A stretch of 64,000 nt of DNA from an uncultured Alphaproteobacteria bacterium (GTDB taxonomy: Bacteria; Pseudomonadota; Alphaproteobacteria; Rhizobiales; Beijerinckiaceae), in assembly GCA_963800985.1 (NCBI GenBank), contig CAWDDI010000034.1, positions 70,165 through 134,164 on the forward strand, read 5' to 3'. The translations under genes and the position numbers were made by a program. Of this stretch, positions 1-9,840 are shown one piece after another (position 1 is the stretch's first letter; each line of letters begins with the position of its first letter). The notes under the pieces are model-generated. The model was not told where the DNA came from. It worked only from the letters and a program-made list of their open reading frames with translations, and did no database searches.

Positions 1-112
1 TCGCGAGATAGGCTGCACGCCGGGGAGTGTCAAGCCGGGTCACCGCGGACGGTCCGGCGGCCTCGCGGCCGCGACCGCCCGGGGGCTCGCGCCGCTCCTG
101 AGCGGTTGACCT

Positions 113-574
113 ATGGAACAGGACGGGGATCATTCGCCCATGACCGAACTCGACGCCATCGGCAAGGTGTGCCTGGCCCTGCACGCGCGCATGACGGCGC
201 GCCTCCTGAGCCGCGCCTACGAGGCGGCCCTGCGCCCGGCCGGATTGAAGGTGCCGCAGTTCGGCATTCTGGGCACCATCGGGCATGGTGCGTCCCTGTC
301 CGAGACGGCGCTGGCGGAACGCCTCGGCCTCGAGCGGACCACCCTCGTGCGCAATCTGAAGGTGCTGGCCCAGAAGGGCTGGATCGAGCCGGTCGCGGGC
401 GAGGGACGCTCCCTGCGGCATCAGCTGACGCCCGAGGGGCGCGCCAAGCTGGAGGCGGCCATTCCCCTCTGGGAGAAGGCGCAGCAGACGATCGAGTCCC
501 GCCTCGGCGCGGGCGACGCCGACCGCGCGCGTCAATCCATGCGGGCGCTGCGCAAGGCCGCCTATCCGCGCTGA
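113..574 (+). CDS. MarR-family transcriptional regulator
   Basis: 153-aa ORF. The winged-HTH core 'LSETALAERLGLERTTLVRNLKVLAQKGWIE' is typical of MarR. The antisense 364-aa ORF is Arg/Pro-rich junk. Confidence 0.85.
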   Translation: MEQDGDHSPMTELDAIGKVCLALHARMTARLLSRAYEAALRPAGLKVPQFGILGTIGHGASLSETALAERLGLERTTLVRNLKVLAQKGWIEPVAGEGRSLRHQLTPEGRAKLEAAIPLWEKAQQTIESRLGAGDADRARQSMRALRKAAYPR

Positions 575-638
575 CCGAACCACCTTGCGGGGATCGCGGC
601 GCCGGCCTATCGTGCAGATACACATCAAGGAGGCGAGG

Positions 639-1133
639 ATGATCGAAGCTGCGCATGGGGTCGTGCCGCGCGATGTGCTGGTGGCCGAACCCGGTCTGAG
701 TTTCCTGCGCGGGCTCATCGAAGGCCGCCATCCGGCGCCGCCGTTCTCGAAGACGACAGGCATCTATCTCGTCGAGGCAGAACGCGACCGGGTGGTCTTC
801 AAGGGCCTGCCGACGGCCGCCTTCTTCAACCCGCTCGGCACGATCCACGGCGGCTGGACGTCCGCGATCCTCGACAGCGCCATGGGCTGCGCGGTCCACG
901 CCACCCTGCAGATCGGCCAGGGCTACACCACGGTGGAGATGAAGCTGAACTTCGTGCGGCCGATCCTGCCGGATCTCGGCGAACTCACCTGCGAGGGCGT
1001 CCTGGTCCATCGGGGCGGCACGCTCGCGACCTCCGCGGGCAAGCTCTTCGACGCCAAGGGCCGCCTTCTCGCTCACGGAACGGAAACCTGCATGATCCTG
1101 GAGGCGGCGGGCCGGGCGAGCAAGGCGGCGTGA
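639..1133 (+). CDS. PaaI-family (hotdog-fold) thioesterase
   Basis: 'NPLGTIHGGWTSAILDSAMGCA' hotdog motif. Start moved to ATG 639, which is preceded by 'aaggagg'. The ORF-track start at 585 is an upstream in-frame extension. Confidence 0.8.
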   Translation: MIEAAHGVVPRDVLVAEPGLSFLRGLIEGRHPAPPFSKTTGIYLVEAERDRVVFKGLPTAAFFNPLGTIHGGWTSAILDSAMGCAVHATLQIGQGYTTVEMKLNFVRPILPDLGELTCEGVLVHRGGTLATSAGKLFDAKGRLLAHGTETCMILEAAGRASKAA

Positions 1134-1214
1134 CGCCTGCGCGGCCGCGACGCCGACGTCCGGGCTTCGACGTCCCAAGCGCCGCGGCGATGACGACGCG
1201 ACCACCCGCCGGCC

Positions 1215-2123
1215 TCAGCGCCTCGACGTCAAAAGCGCCGCGCCGATGATGAGAGCGCCGCCCGAAAGCGTTGCGAGCGTCGGCACCTCGTCGAACACCG
1301 TGTAGCCGATGAGCGCGGCCCAGATGAGCGCGGTGTATTCGAGCGGCGCCAGCCGCGCCGCCTCGGCCCGCGCGAAGGCCGTCGCCATCAGGATGTGACC
1401 GATGACGCCGAGCACCCCCATCACGAAGAACCAGGCGAGGTGCGGCGCGGCCACGGGCTGCCAGACCGCGAGTCCGAACGGCGAGACGAGCAGCATCGGG
1501 CCGACGTTCTGGAAGATCACGATGTGGATGAACTTGTCGCGCTGGGCGCGCTGGCGCAGGAGCACCACCGAGAGGGCGTAGAGCAGCGCCGAGGAGAAGG
1601 CCGCCGCGACCCCGGTCCAGGACCGCGCCGCGCCCTCCCCGCTCCCGCCGAGCGCCACCACCAGGGTGCCCGCAAAACCGACCGCGAGGGCGCCGACGAC
1701 GCGCCGGTGTACGCGCTCCTTGAGCAGGAGGGTGCCGAGCAGCGCCACGAAGGTCGGCGCGAGGAACGACAGAAGGAGCGTCTCGGCGAGCGGCAATTGC
1801 CCGAGAGCGTAGAAAAAGGTCGTCGCGGACAAGACGGCGACGAGGGACCGAGCGGCGTTGGCGAGCGCGGTCTCGCGCGAGGGCCAGCCGGGCCGCATCG
1901 CGACGACGACGCCCGCCGCCACCACGGTCCCGCAGACGAACCGCAGGAGCGTGACCTGGAAGATCGGGTAATGCGCCGCCATCCCTTTGATGACCGCGTC
2001 CATGGCGGACAGGAACGCGATGCCTACCGCGGCCCGCAGCGCAGGTCCGAACTGCATGGTGCTCTCGTGAGGCCGCACGGCCGAAAGGAGGGGGCGCGGC
2101 CCGCCGCGCGAAGCCTCGCTCAT
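1215..2123 (-). CDS. DMT-superfamily (EamA-like) transporter
   Basis: 302-aa polytopic hydrophobic protein with duplicated EamA-like halves. 'GGAG' lies 5 nt upstream of the 2123 start. Alternative start at 2057 (MQFGP). Confidence 0.8.
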   Translation of the reverse strand: MSEASRGGPRPLLSAVRPHESTMQFGPALRAAVGIAFLSAMDAVIKGMAAHYPIFQVTLLRFVCGTVVAAGVVVAMRPGWPSRETALANAARSLVAVLSATTFFYALGQLPLAETLLLSFLAPTFVALLGTLLLKERVHRRVVGALAVGFAGTLVVALGGSGEGAARSWTGVAAAFSSALLYALSVVLLRQRAQRDKFIHIVIFQNVGPMLLVSPFGLAVWQPVAAPHLAWFFVMGVLGVIGHILMATAFARAEAARLAPLEYTALIWAALIGYTVFDEVPTLATLSGGALIIGAALLTSRR

Positions 2124-2464
2124 AGCGCTCCGCGAAACGTGGCGCTATGCCGGAAATGGGATGATGGACAGGCTGCTCCACCGATGGATGGCAGGGCCCG
2201 ATTCGGGCCCGTCGCCGCTTCGCCCGCGCGGGGAAGCCCCGCCCATCGCCACGATGCCGGCGCCGCGGGTGCTTGCGACAATCCGCCGTTCGCGAACCCG
2301 CGGCTTGGGCTCCCGCGCCCGAAGCGGCACAGCCACGCCGGTCCGTCGCTGCGGGAATCGCGACCTGTCGTGGCCTCGATCGTGCGACGTCGCCACATCG
2401 TCTTCACAATTCTCTTAAAAACCCCGCCCTAGTCTGAAGCCTCCCCTCCGAACGGTGATTCCAG

Positions 2465-3238
2465 ATGCGTCGGTCCCTGCTGTGCTCCGCCCTCCTCTTT
2501 GCCTTGGCGGTCCCGGTCGAAGGCGTTGCGGCCCCTCGCCAGGGGCAGCGCGCTCCGGTGGACGCTTATGAGGAGGAGTACGGGTACGAGTATCCCGAAG
2601 GCGACGAGGGCGGCCTGTTCGAGATGCTGACCGGGCGAGGGCCCGATCGGCGCGCCTACCGGCCCCTGCCGGTCGATCCCTACACCGGCCTGCCCGTGCA
2701 GCCGCGGGGACGGCCGGGGACCCGGGGCGCCGTGACGGCGCTGCCGCCGTCCTATGCCTTCGAACCCGAATACGACGGCCTCGGCATGGCGGTCGATCCG
2801 ATCTACGAGCGCCAAATGGTCCGCTATGCCGGGCCGCACGGCCCGGGCACGATCGTCATCGATACGCCGAGGAAGTTCCTCTACCTCGTCCAGCCCGGCG
2901 GGGTCGCGATCCGCTACGGCATCGGGGTCGGCCGGCCGGGCTTCTCCTGGGCCGGGGTGAAGACCGTGTCGATGAAGCGCGAGTGGCCCGACTGGCGTCC
3001 GCCGGCGGAAATGCTCAGGCGCCGGCCCGACCTGCCGAGCTACATGCCCGGCGGCCTCGACAACCCGCTCGGCGCGCGGGCGCTCTATCTCGGCTCGTCC
3101 CTCTACCGGATCCACGGCACCAACGAGCCGCACACGATCGGCCGCGCGGTCTCCTCGGGCTGCATCCGGATGCTGAACGAGGACGTCGTGGATCTCTACG
3201 AGCGCGTCAGAGTCGGCACCCGGGTCGTGGTGATCTGA
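2465..3238 (+). CDS. L,D-transpeptidase (YkuD domain), exported
   Basis: Signal peptide 'MRRSLLCSALLFALAVPVEG'. YkuD catalytic region 'YRIHGTNEPHTIGRAVSSGCIRM'. Confidence 0.9.
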   Translation: MRRSLLCSALLFALAVPVEGVAAPRQGQRAPVDAYEEEYGYEYPEGDEGGLFEMLTGRGPDRRAYRPLPVDPYTGLPVQPRGRPGTRGAVTALPPSYAFEPEYDGLGMAVDPIYERQMVRYAGPHGPGTIVIDTPRKFLYLVQPGGVAIRYGIGVGRPGFSWAGVKTVSMKREWPDWRPPAEMLRRRPDLPSYMPGGLDNPLGARALYLGSSLYRIHGTNEPHTIGRAVSSGCIRMLNEDVVDLYERVRVGTRVVVI

Positions 3239-3240
3239 GC

Positions 3241-3413
3241 AGGGTTTTGGGGATTGGGTTGTGGGTAGTAGGTAGGGCGGCGCCCTCATCGGGGTACGTT
3301 GCGGGTAGTGGTTGTGGGTCCTAGGGCGGCGCCCCGCCGGTCCTCCCACGCGCTACTTCCTACTCCCTACTTCCTACTTCCCACTTCCTACTCGCCACTC
3401 CCTACGCCCAATC
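3241..3413. repeat. Imperfect palindrome built from G-rich and C-rich 7-mer tandem repeats
   Basis: The + strand has 'gggttgtgggtagtaggtaggg' and 'gggtagtggttgtgggtcctaggg', each followed by 'tagggcggcgccc'. About 8 tandem CTACTTC-like heptamers follow at 3353-3408. The arms are approximate reverse complements. Confidence 0.7.
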
Positions 3414-4113
3414 GCCTCCGTCGCCGCCATCGCCGCCGAAGTCGTCTTCAGGGCCGGGTTCGTGCCCGGCGTCCTGGTAGAGCGAATCGGTGATGCCGCC
3501 CGTGGCGTCGCCGCCCGTGGCATCGCCGCCTGCGGCGTCGCCGCCCTCGTTCAACCCCGCGAGCCCGGAGGCGCTGTTCGCGGCGCCGGCGTCTTGCCCT
3601 CCGAAGGCGTTCGAGAGCGCGTTGGCGATCATCATGCCGCCCGCGACGCCGGCCGCGGTCGCCATGGCGCTCTGCAGGAACCCGCCGCCGGCGCGCGGCT
3701 GCATCATGCCGCCACCCCAGGGACTTCCCGCCGCCGGCCCGCCCATCATCCCGCCCTGCGGCGCCCCGAAGCGCTGCTGAGAGGGCGAGGGACGCCCGCC
3801 CCACGGCGATCCCGCGCGGGGCGGCTCGGCCTCGCGCGAGCCGCCGCCGAAAAGGCCGGACAGAAACCCGCCGCCCTGCGGCTGGCCGCGCGGTGTGCTC
3901 CGCCTCGGCGCGGAGCTGCTCGACTTCGGCATTGAGGTTCGCGAGCGCCTGCTCCTGCACATAGACCGCCTGGGCCATGGCGTAGGGGGCATAGGGCTGC
4001 CGACGCACCTTGTCGGCGATGTAGCGCTCGGCCTCGGGATCGCGCGGCTGGTGCGCGACCTGCTCGAGGCGTCGGAAAATGTCGTCGATGACCTGGCGTT
4101 CCTGGTCGTTCAC
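3402..4113 (-). pseudogene. DUF2076-family protein with the reading frame broken once (near 3885-3895)
   Basis: The N-terminus 'MNDQERQVIDDIFRRLEQVAHQPRDPEAERYIADKV...LRAEAEHT' lies in the frame of ORF 3448..4113. The Gly-rich C-terminus 'PRGQPQGGGFLSGLFGGG...DDFGGDGGDGGDWA' lies in the frame of ORF 3402..3992. Total length is 712 nt, not a multiple of 3. Confidence 0.75.
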
Positions 4114-4194
4114 CGGGGACCTCCTCGGGTTGCCACGCGGGCAATGTGGGGACCCGTCCTCTGGATGGAAGGGTCGCCCTGCACAAGCGGGGGC

Positions 4195-4661
4195 CTCGCG
4201 ACCGCCCGCTCTTGTTGCTTACGCCCGGATGGCGGCCGCCGCCTCGCTGGGCGTCAAGGCTCCCCGCCAGCCGACCGCTCGTTATCGAAGCCGACACGTC
4301 GAGCGCGAGGACGATGCGGCGGCCGGTGGGCTCGACCGCGCGGAACGCGGTGTAGAACGCCGCGTTCAGGCCTCCACGATGGCCGCGACCGGCTCCCAGG
4401 CGAGACGTCCCTTCTCGCCGCGGCCGGACTGGTCGGTCCGGAGCGCGAGAGCAGGGCCATCGGGTGCCGGCGGGCCTTGAGGATCCGCTCCCGGTCCGAG
4501 AGCGCCTCCACGACCCGGTCCGCCGCCGGCGCGAAGGGCTGCAACGGCCCCAGGGCCATCAGCCGCCCGAGCTGCCGCACGAGGGCGCCGAGCGGCATGC
4601 ACTCGATCAGGGCCTCGTTAACGGCGAGCCTCGTCATGCGCTCCACGCCTGCGTGGCTCAC
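4195..4661 (-). pseudogene. Remnant of a Ro60/TROVE-domain (Rsr-like) gene, truncated at both ends and frameshifted
   Basis: Three collinear pieces lie in different frames. They are 'MPLGALVRQLGRLMALGPL...ILKARRHPMALL', then 'LALRTDQSGRGEKGRLAWEPVAAIVEA', then 'LNAAFYTAFRAVEPTGRRIVLALDVSASI' (vWA/MIDAS-like DxSxS). Only about 150 of the ~500 aa expected are present. Confidence 0.55.
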
Positions 4662-5005
4662 CCCCTCTCGCTCATCGCTGCGGCGGCGCGGGCTAGAGAG
4701 ACAACGTTGCCGCCGTCACCCTCAACATGGTCGAGACCGAGCAGGTCGCGGCACGCGAGAAGACCCTCGCGGCCATCCGACGCGCGCTCGAGAACGGCGG
4801 CGTGCGGTTCATCGGCGACGATGCGAGCGGACGCGGCGTCCTGCTTAGCCCGAACGCCCCTCACGCCCGATCCCGCAGGCCACTGAACCTCCGCTCGAAG
4901 CCCACCCCAGAATCATCATGGCAGGGCTGGACCGGGCTGGGCTTTCCTATAATTGCGCTGGGACGCTTGCGCCCAGGGTTCGGAGAGCCGGGCGGGGAGG
5001 ATTCC

Positions 5006-7210
5006 ATGAAGCGCATCGAGGTCGGCGGTCTGCACATCGCGAGGATCCTTCACGACTTCGTCTCGGAGGAGGCCCTCCCCGGGACCGGCCTCGACCCGCA
5101 GGCGTTCTGGACCGGGCTCGGCGCCCTGGTGCGCGAGATGGGGCCGCGCAACCGCGAGCTGCTCGATCATCGCGACGCCCTGCAGAGCCGCATCGACGCG
5201 TACCACCGGGAGAATGCCGGACGGCCGATCGATCCGGATCGCTACGAAAGACTCCTGCGCGACATAGGCTACCTGCGCGACGAACCGCCGGATTTCGCCG
5301 TTCGAACCGCGAACGTGGACGACGAGATCGCCCGCATCGCCGGGCCGCAGCTCGTGGTGCCGGTTTCGAACGCGCGCTATGCGCTCAATGCCGCGAACGC
5401 CCGGTGGGGCAGCCTCTACGATGCGCTCTACGGCACCGACGTCATCCCGGAGGACGGGGGCGCCGAGCGCGGGCGCGGCTACAACAAGGTACGCGGCGCG
5501 CGCGTCGTCGCCTATGCGCGTGCGGTCCTCGACGAGGCGGCGCCGCTTCGGAGCGCAAGCCACGTGGAAGCGGTGTCCTATACGGTCGAGAACGGCACCC
5601 TGGTGGCCGGGCTCAAGACCGGGAGCCGCACCGGCCTGAAGCGGCCCGAGCAGTTCGTCGGCTTCAACGGCGAGGACGCGAACCCCGCCGCGATCCTGCT
5701 GCGCCACAACGGCCTGCATCTCGAGATCGCCATCGACCGCTCGCACCCGATCGGGGCGGACGACCCCGCCGGCATCGCCGACGTGGTGATGGAATCGGCG
5801 ATCTCCACGATCATGGATCTCGAGGACAGCGTCGCGGCCGTGGACGCCGAGGACAAGGTTTTGGTGTACCGCAACTGGCTCGGGCTGATGAACGGCACGC
5901 TGTTCGCGAGCTTCGACAAGGGCGGGCGCACGCTCGAGCGGCGGCTCAACCCCGACCGGGTCTACCGGCAGCCGGGCGGCGGCGAGCTTCGCCTGCACGG
6001 GCGCAGCCTGATGCTCGTGCGCAACGTCGGCCACCACATGTGGACCGACGCGGTGCTCGACGAGACCGGGGCGGAGGTCCCGGAGGGCATGCTCGATGCG
6101 GCCGTCACCGCGGCGATCGCGGTCCACGATCTCAACGGCAGCCACGACCTCCATAACAGCCGCACCGGGTCGGTCTACGTCGTCAAGCCCAAGATGCACG
6201 GGCCCGACGAGGTCGCCTTCGCGGCCGACCTCTTCTCGCGCGTGGAGGAGCTCCTCCGCCTGCCGCGCCACACCATGAAGATGGGCATCATGGACGAGGA
6301 GCGCCGCACGAGCGTGAACCTCAAGGCGTGCATCGCGGCCGCCGCCGACCGGGTCGTGTTCATCAACACCGGGTTCCTCGACCGCACCGGCGACGAGATC
6401 CACACCTCCATGGAAGCCGGGCCGATGGTGCGCAAGAACGACATGCGTGCGACGCCCTGGATCACGGCCTACGAGGACAACAACGTCGACGTGGGCCTGG
6501 CGTGCGGGCTGCCCGGGAAGGCGCAGATCGGCAAGGGCATGTGGGCCGCGCCCGACCGGATGGCCGACATGCTGGCCCAGAAGGTCGGCCATCCGCAATC
6601 CGGCGCCACCACCGCCTGGGTCCCCTCGCCGACGGCCGCGACGCTGCACGCGCTCCACTACCACCAGGTCGACGTCGCGGCGCGCCAGCGGGAGCTCGCC
6701 GGGGCGCGGCGCGCGAAGCTCGCGGACCTCCTCACCGTGCCGGTGTCGCAGTCGAACTGGGCCCCGGACGCCGTCGCGCAGGAGCTCGACAACAACTGCC
6801 AGGGAATCCTCGGCTACGTGGTGCGCTGGATCGACCAGGGGGTCGGGTGCTCCAAGGTGCCGGACATTCACGATGTCGGCCTCATGGAGGACCGGGCGAC
6901 GCTCAGGATCTCGAGCCAGCACATCGCCAACTGGCTCCACCATGGGGTCGTCTCGCAGGAGCAGGTTCTCGCGACCCTGAAGCGCATGGCCGAGGTCGTG
7001 GACCGGCAGAACGCCGGGGATCCGCTCTACCGGCCCATGGCGCCGCGCTTCGAAGGTCCGGCCTGGCAGGCCGCGTGCGATCTGATCTTCAGGGGCCGCG
7101 CGCAGCCGAACGGCTACACGGAGTGGATCCTGCACGGGCGCCGCCGCGACGCCAAAGCCATGGGCGCGCCGACGGAAGTCGAGAGGAGCGGGGCGCCGAC
7201 CGACCTGTAG
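5006..7210 (+). CDS. glcB: Malate synthase G
   Basis: 735 aa from ATG 5006, preceded by 'ggggagga'. Collinear with MSG throughout ('[19 protein letters not shown]...', '[19 protein letters not shown]', 'GKGMWAAPD'). The ORF-track extension 4727-5005 is not part of MSG. Confidence 0.95.
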   Translation: MKRIEVGGLHIARILHDFVSEEALPGTGLDPQAFWTGLGALVREMGPRNRELLDHRDALQSRIDAYHRENAGRPIDPDRYERLLRDIGYLRDEPPDFAVRTANVDDEIARIAGPQLVVPVSNARYALNAANARWGSLYDALYGTDVIPEDGGAERGRGYNKVRGARVVAYARAVLDEAAPLRSASHVEAVSYTVENGTLVAGLKTGSRTGLKRPEQFVGFNGEDANPAAILLRHNGLHLEIAIDRSHPIGADDPAGIADVVMESAISTIMDLEDSVAAVDAEDKVLVYRNWLGLMNGTLFASFDKGGRTLERRLNPDRVYRQPGGGELRLHGRSLMLVRNVGHHMWTDAVLDETGAEVPEGMLDAAVTAAIAVHDLNGSHDLHNSRTGSVYVVKPKMHGPDEVAFAADLFSRVEELLRLPRHTMKMGIMDEERRTSVNLKACIAAAADRVVFINTGFLDRTGDEIHTSMEAGPMVRKNDMRATPWITAYEDNNVDVGLACGLPGKAQIGKGMWAAPDRMADMLAQKVGHPQSGATTAWVPSPTAATLHALHYHQVDVAARQRELAGARRAKLADLLTVPVSQSNWAPDAVAQELDNNCQGILGYVVRWIDQGVGCSKVPDIHDVGLMEDRATLRISSQHIANWLHHGVVSQEQVLATLKRMAEVVDRQNAGDPLYRPMAPRFEGPAWQAACDLIFRGRAQPNGYTEWILHGRRRDAKAMGAPTEVERSGAPTDL

Positions 7211-7294
7211 ATCGGGATGAATCGGCTCCTCCGTTGCAACCTTGTTCAATCCGGCGTCTTGTGTAAGCTGACATCACATTTCGGAGGGTAAGCC

Positions 7295-8068
7295 ATGTCC
7301 GGGTTCCACGGCCGTTTCGTTTGGTACGAGTTGATGACGACCGACACCGCAGCCGCGAAGGCGTTCTATGGCGAGGTCGTCGGCTGGGGCGCGCAGGACT
7401 CCGGCATGCCCGGCATGGACTACTCGTTGTTCACCGCCGGGGACGCGCAGGTGGGCGGTCTGATGGACCTGCCCAAGGAGGCCAGAGAGATGGGCATGCC
7501 CCCGATGTGGATGGGCTACGTCGCGGTCGACGACGTCGACGCCGGCGCCCGCAAGGCGAAGCGCCTCGGCGGCAGCGTCCACGTCGAGCCGCAGGACATC
7601 CCCGGCGTCGGCCGTTTCGCGATCGTCGCCGATCCGCAGGGGGCGTCGTTCGCGCTCTACAAGTCCGGGAGCCCCGGGCAGGACCAGCCCGCCGACGCGC
7701 AGGCGCCGGGCCGGATCGGCTGGCACGAACTCTACGCCGCCGACTGGGAAGCGGACTACCCGTTCTACAAGGACCTGTTCGGCTGGGAGAAGGCCGAGGC
7801 CATCCCGATGGGCGAGATGGGGACCTATCAGATCTTCTCGCACGGCGGAAACGCCATCGGGGGCATGATGACCAAGCCCCCGACCGTTCCGGTCCCGTTC
7901 TGGCTCTACTACTTCAACGTCACCGGCATCGACGCCGCGACCCGGCGCGTCGAGGGCGCGGGCGGGACCATCGTCAACGGTCCCATGGAGGTGCCGGGCG
8001 GCGACTGGATCGTCCAGGGCATGGATCCGCAGGGCGCGATGTTCGCGCTCGTCGGAAAGCGGGGATAG
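7295..8068 (+). CDS. VOC-family (glyoxalase/bleomycin-resistance fold) protein, two tandem domains
   Basis: 'FVWYELMTTDTAAAKAFYGEVVGW' and a second 'IGWHELYAADWEADYPFYKDLFGW' repeat. SD 'ggaggg' upstream. Confidence 0.85.
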   Translation: MSGFHGRFVWYELMTTDTAAAKAFYGEVVGWGAQDSGMPGMDYSLFTAGDAQVGGLMDLPKEAREMGMPPMWMGYVAVDDVDAGARKAKRLGGSVHVEPQDIPGVGRFAIVADPQGASFALYKSGSPGQDQPADAQAPGRIGWHELYAADWEADYPFYKDLFGWEKAEAIPMGEMGTYQIFSHGGNAIGGMMTKPPTVPVPFWLYYFNVTGIDAATRRVEGAGGTIVNGPMEVPGGDWIVQGMDPQGAMFALVGKRG

Positions 8069-8469
8069 AGCCGAGGGCCTTCGCGGTCCCACGGCGGATC
8101 GGGCGGCGGCTGGGAAATCCGCCGCGGTCGCTATCCCGCCGCTGGTCTCCGCCGCAGCCGTCTTGGCCGGCCTCATGTCGGCCGTCCCGTGGTTGCGCCG
8201 TCGTGACCTCGGACGAGGTCGCCGAGCCAAGCCCTGGATGACGCCCGGCGCCGAATAGGCCGGAGCCCGATCGGGGTGAGTCTCTCGCCGCCAAGGGTAA
8301 AGCTCTTGGACGCGATCACCTCCCTCGTGTCGCTTCGCGCGCTCGCGAGCCCCCAACCGTAGCCGTTCGCACCATTTTCGCCACGGTTTGACCTCATACG
8401 CGGTTCGACCACAGGGCGAGCGCCGGGCGAACGGGCGTCCCTGACGTGGGAACATCTCGGGGGCGCAGC

Positions 8470-9699
8470 ATGGAAACGGGTCGCAAGCGCTGTCGCTGGT
8501 CTGCCGCTGTGCCGCTTCCGTTGCGGCATCTTGCCCTTGTGGGAGCGGCGCTTGCGCTTCTCACGGCAATGGGGGCTCCGCGGGAGGCCGCCGCGAGCGA
8601 AGCCCGTACCCTGAGCTTCTTCCACACCCACACCAAGGAAACCGCCACCGTGACGTTCTGGCGCGACGGCGGGTACGACGACGCGGCCCTCACCCAGCTC
8701 AACTGGTTCCTGCGCGACTGGCGCGTCGACCAGCCGTCCAAGATGGACCCTCGCCTGTTCGACATCCTCTGGGAGGTCTACCGCGAGTCCGGCTCGCGCG
8801 AGCCGATCCATATCGTCTCCGCGTACCGCTCGCCGGCGACGAACGGCATGCTGCGCCAGCGCTCCCGCGCGGTGTCCGAGCACAGCCAGCACATGTCCGG
8901 CAAGGCCATGGACATCCGCCTGCCGGACGTCGACCCGGCGCGCCTGCGGGCGATCGCGATGCGCCTGCAGCACGGCGGCGTCGGGTACTACGGGTCGTCA
9001 GGCTTCGTTCACCTCGATACCGGCAGCGTGCGCGCCTGGCCGCGCATGTCCGAGGAGCAGCTCGCGCGGCTCTTCCCGGACGGCAAGACCGTGCACCTGC
9101 CCCCGAGCGGCAAGCCGCTCTCCGGCTACGAGGAAGCGCGCGCCGAGATCGCGGCGCGCGGCGCGGCCGGCGGCGGACGGGTATTTGCCGGCATGGGGGC
9201 CGGCCCCTCGCTCCTCGGCTTCCTTGGAAAAGTGTTCGGGGTCGGCGAAGCGCCGGCGCCGGCAACCCCACAGACCGCCCCGCCGGAGGCCGCGGCGCCG
9301 GAGCCTCTGCCGACCGCCGTGCCCCTCCCGCCCCGTCGGCCCGCGGACGCTCCCGTCCAGGTCGCGGAAAACGCGCCCCTTTCGGCGACGCTGCCCGAAG
9401 CGCCGCCCGGGGCCATGCGCCCCGAAATGGACTGGCCGGCGCCTGAAAACCACATCGCCACCGCCCGCGCGCTGTTTACCGCCCTCGCAGGCGGCGCCGC
9501 CTCGCGCCCGGTCCCGCGGATCGTCATGGCGCGCGCTCAGCCTCGGCCGTTGGCGCAGGGGGACCTTGGCGGCTTCGGCCCCCCGGCGGGCGTCGCGGCG
9601 CGGTTCGTGAAGTCGGTCGGCTGGCTCGAGCAGGCGCATTTCACGGGTCCGGCCGTCCGGCCGATCGAACGCGTCCGCGAGGCGAAGGCGGGATCGTGA
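8470..9699 (+). CDS. DUF882 / peptidase M15A (YcbK-like) exported protein with a Pro/Ala-rich C-terminal region
   Basis: 'IHIVSAYRSPATN', 'HSQHMSGKAMDIRL' and 'GFVHLDTG' motifs. Start set at ATG 8470 (METGRK...). The ORF-track start at 8446 is also possible. Confidence 0.85.
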   Translation: METGRKRCRWSAAVPLPLRHLALVGAALALLTAMGAPREAAASEARTLSFFHTHTKETATVTFWRDGGYDDAALTQLNWFLRDWRVDQPSKMDPRLFDILWEVYRESGSREPIHIVSAYRSPATNGMLRQRSRAVSEHSQHMSGKAMDIRLPDVDPARLRAIAMRLQHGGVGYYGSSGFVHLDTGSVRAWPRMSEEQLARLFPDGKTVHLPPSGKPLSGYEEARAEIAARGAAGGGRVFAGMGAGPSLLGFLGKVFGVGEAPAPATPQTAPPEAAAPEPLPTAVPLPPRRPADAPVQVAENAPLSATLPEAPPGAMRPEMDWPAPENHIATARALFTALAGGAASRPVPRIVMARAQPRPLAQGDLGGFGPPAGVAARFVKSVGWLEQAHFTGPAVRPIERVREAKAGS

Positions 9700-9840
9700 T
9701 CGCCGTTCGAGGGCGCTGACAAGTCAGCCACCCGCAGGGCGTTCGCGGGTGTCGCGGTGCGCCGGGCTCAGGCGCCGGCATGGCGCGACTTTTTGCTCGC
9801 CTCCTCTTGAACGCATTTTCGGCCACCACCACATGATCGC

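Noticed and set aside
111-1205. Very long ORFs antisense or out of frame to recognised genes. Examples are 111..1205(-), 985..2181(-), 4916..7249(-), 12121..14166(-), 14522..16765(+), 19363..20622(-), 42542..43447(-) and 46381..47436(+).
   Set aside because: They overlap genes with clear family signatures on the other strand or frame. They are dominated by Arg/Pro/Gly/Ala, as expected for stop-poor non-coding frames of high-G+C DNA. They have no recognisable motifs.
3241-3413. Possible CRISPR array or telomere-like repeat
   Set aside because: The units are only 7 nt, are contiguous without spacers, and form an inverted arrangement. No cas genes are nearby.
4342-4366. Perfect GGAAC-N16-CGTT on the + strand at 4342-4366, and another at 51976-52000 (+)
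   Set aside because: The first lies inside the Ro60 remnant, ~640 nt from glcB. The second points antisense into a minus-strand gene. About one chance match is expected in a window of this size, so these are not called as promoters.
4727-5005. N-terminal 93-aa extension of the malate synthase ORF
   Set aside because: MSG homology starts at 'MKRIEVGG' (ATG 5006) with a strong SD. The upstream part resembles a regulator tail, not MSG.
9806-9834. Sigma-32 promoter call for the Hsp20 gene
   Set aside because: 'CTTGAA' is present but the -10 ('caccacat') matches the heat-shock consensus poorly. It is mentioned within the ROSE finding but not listed as a feature.
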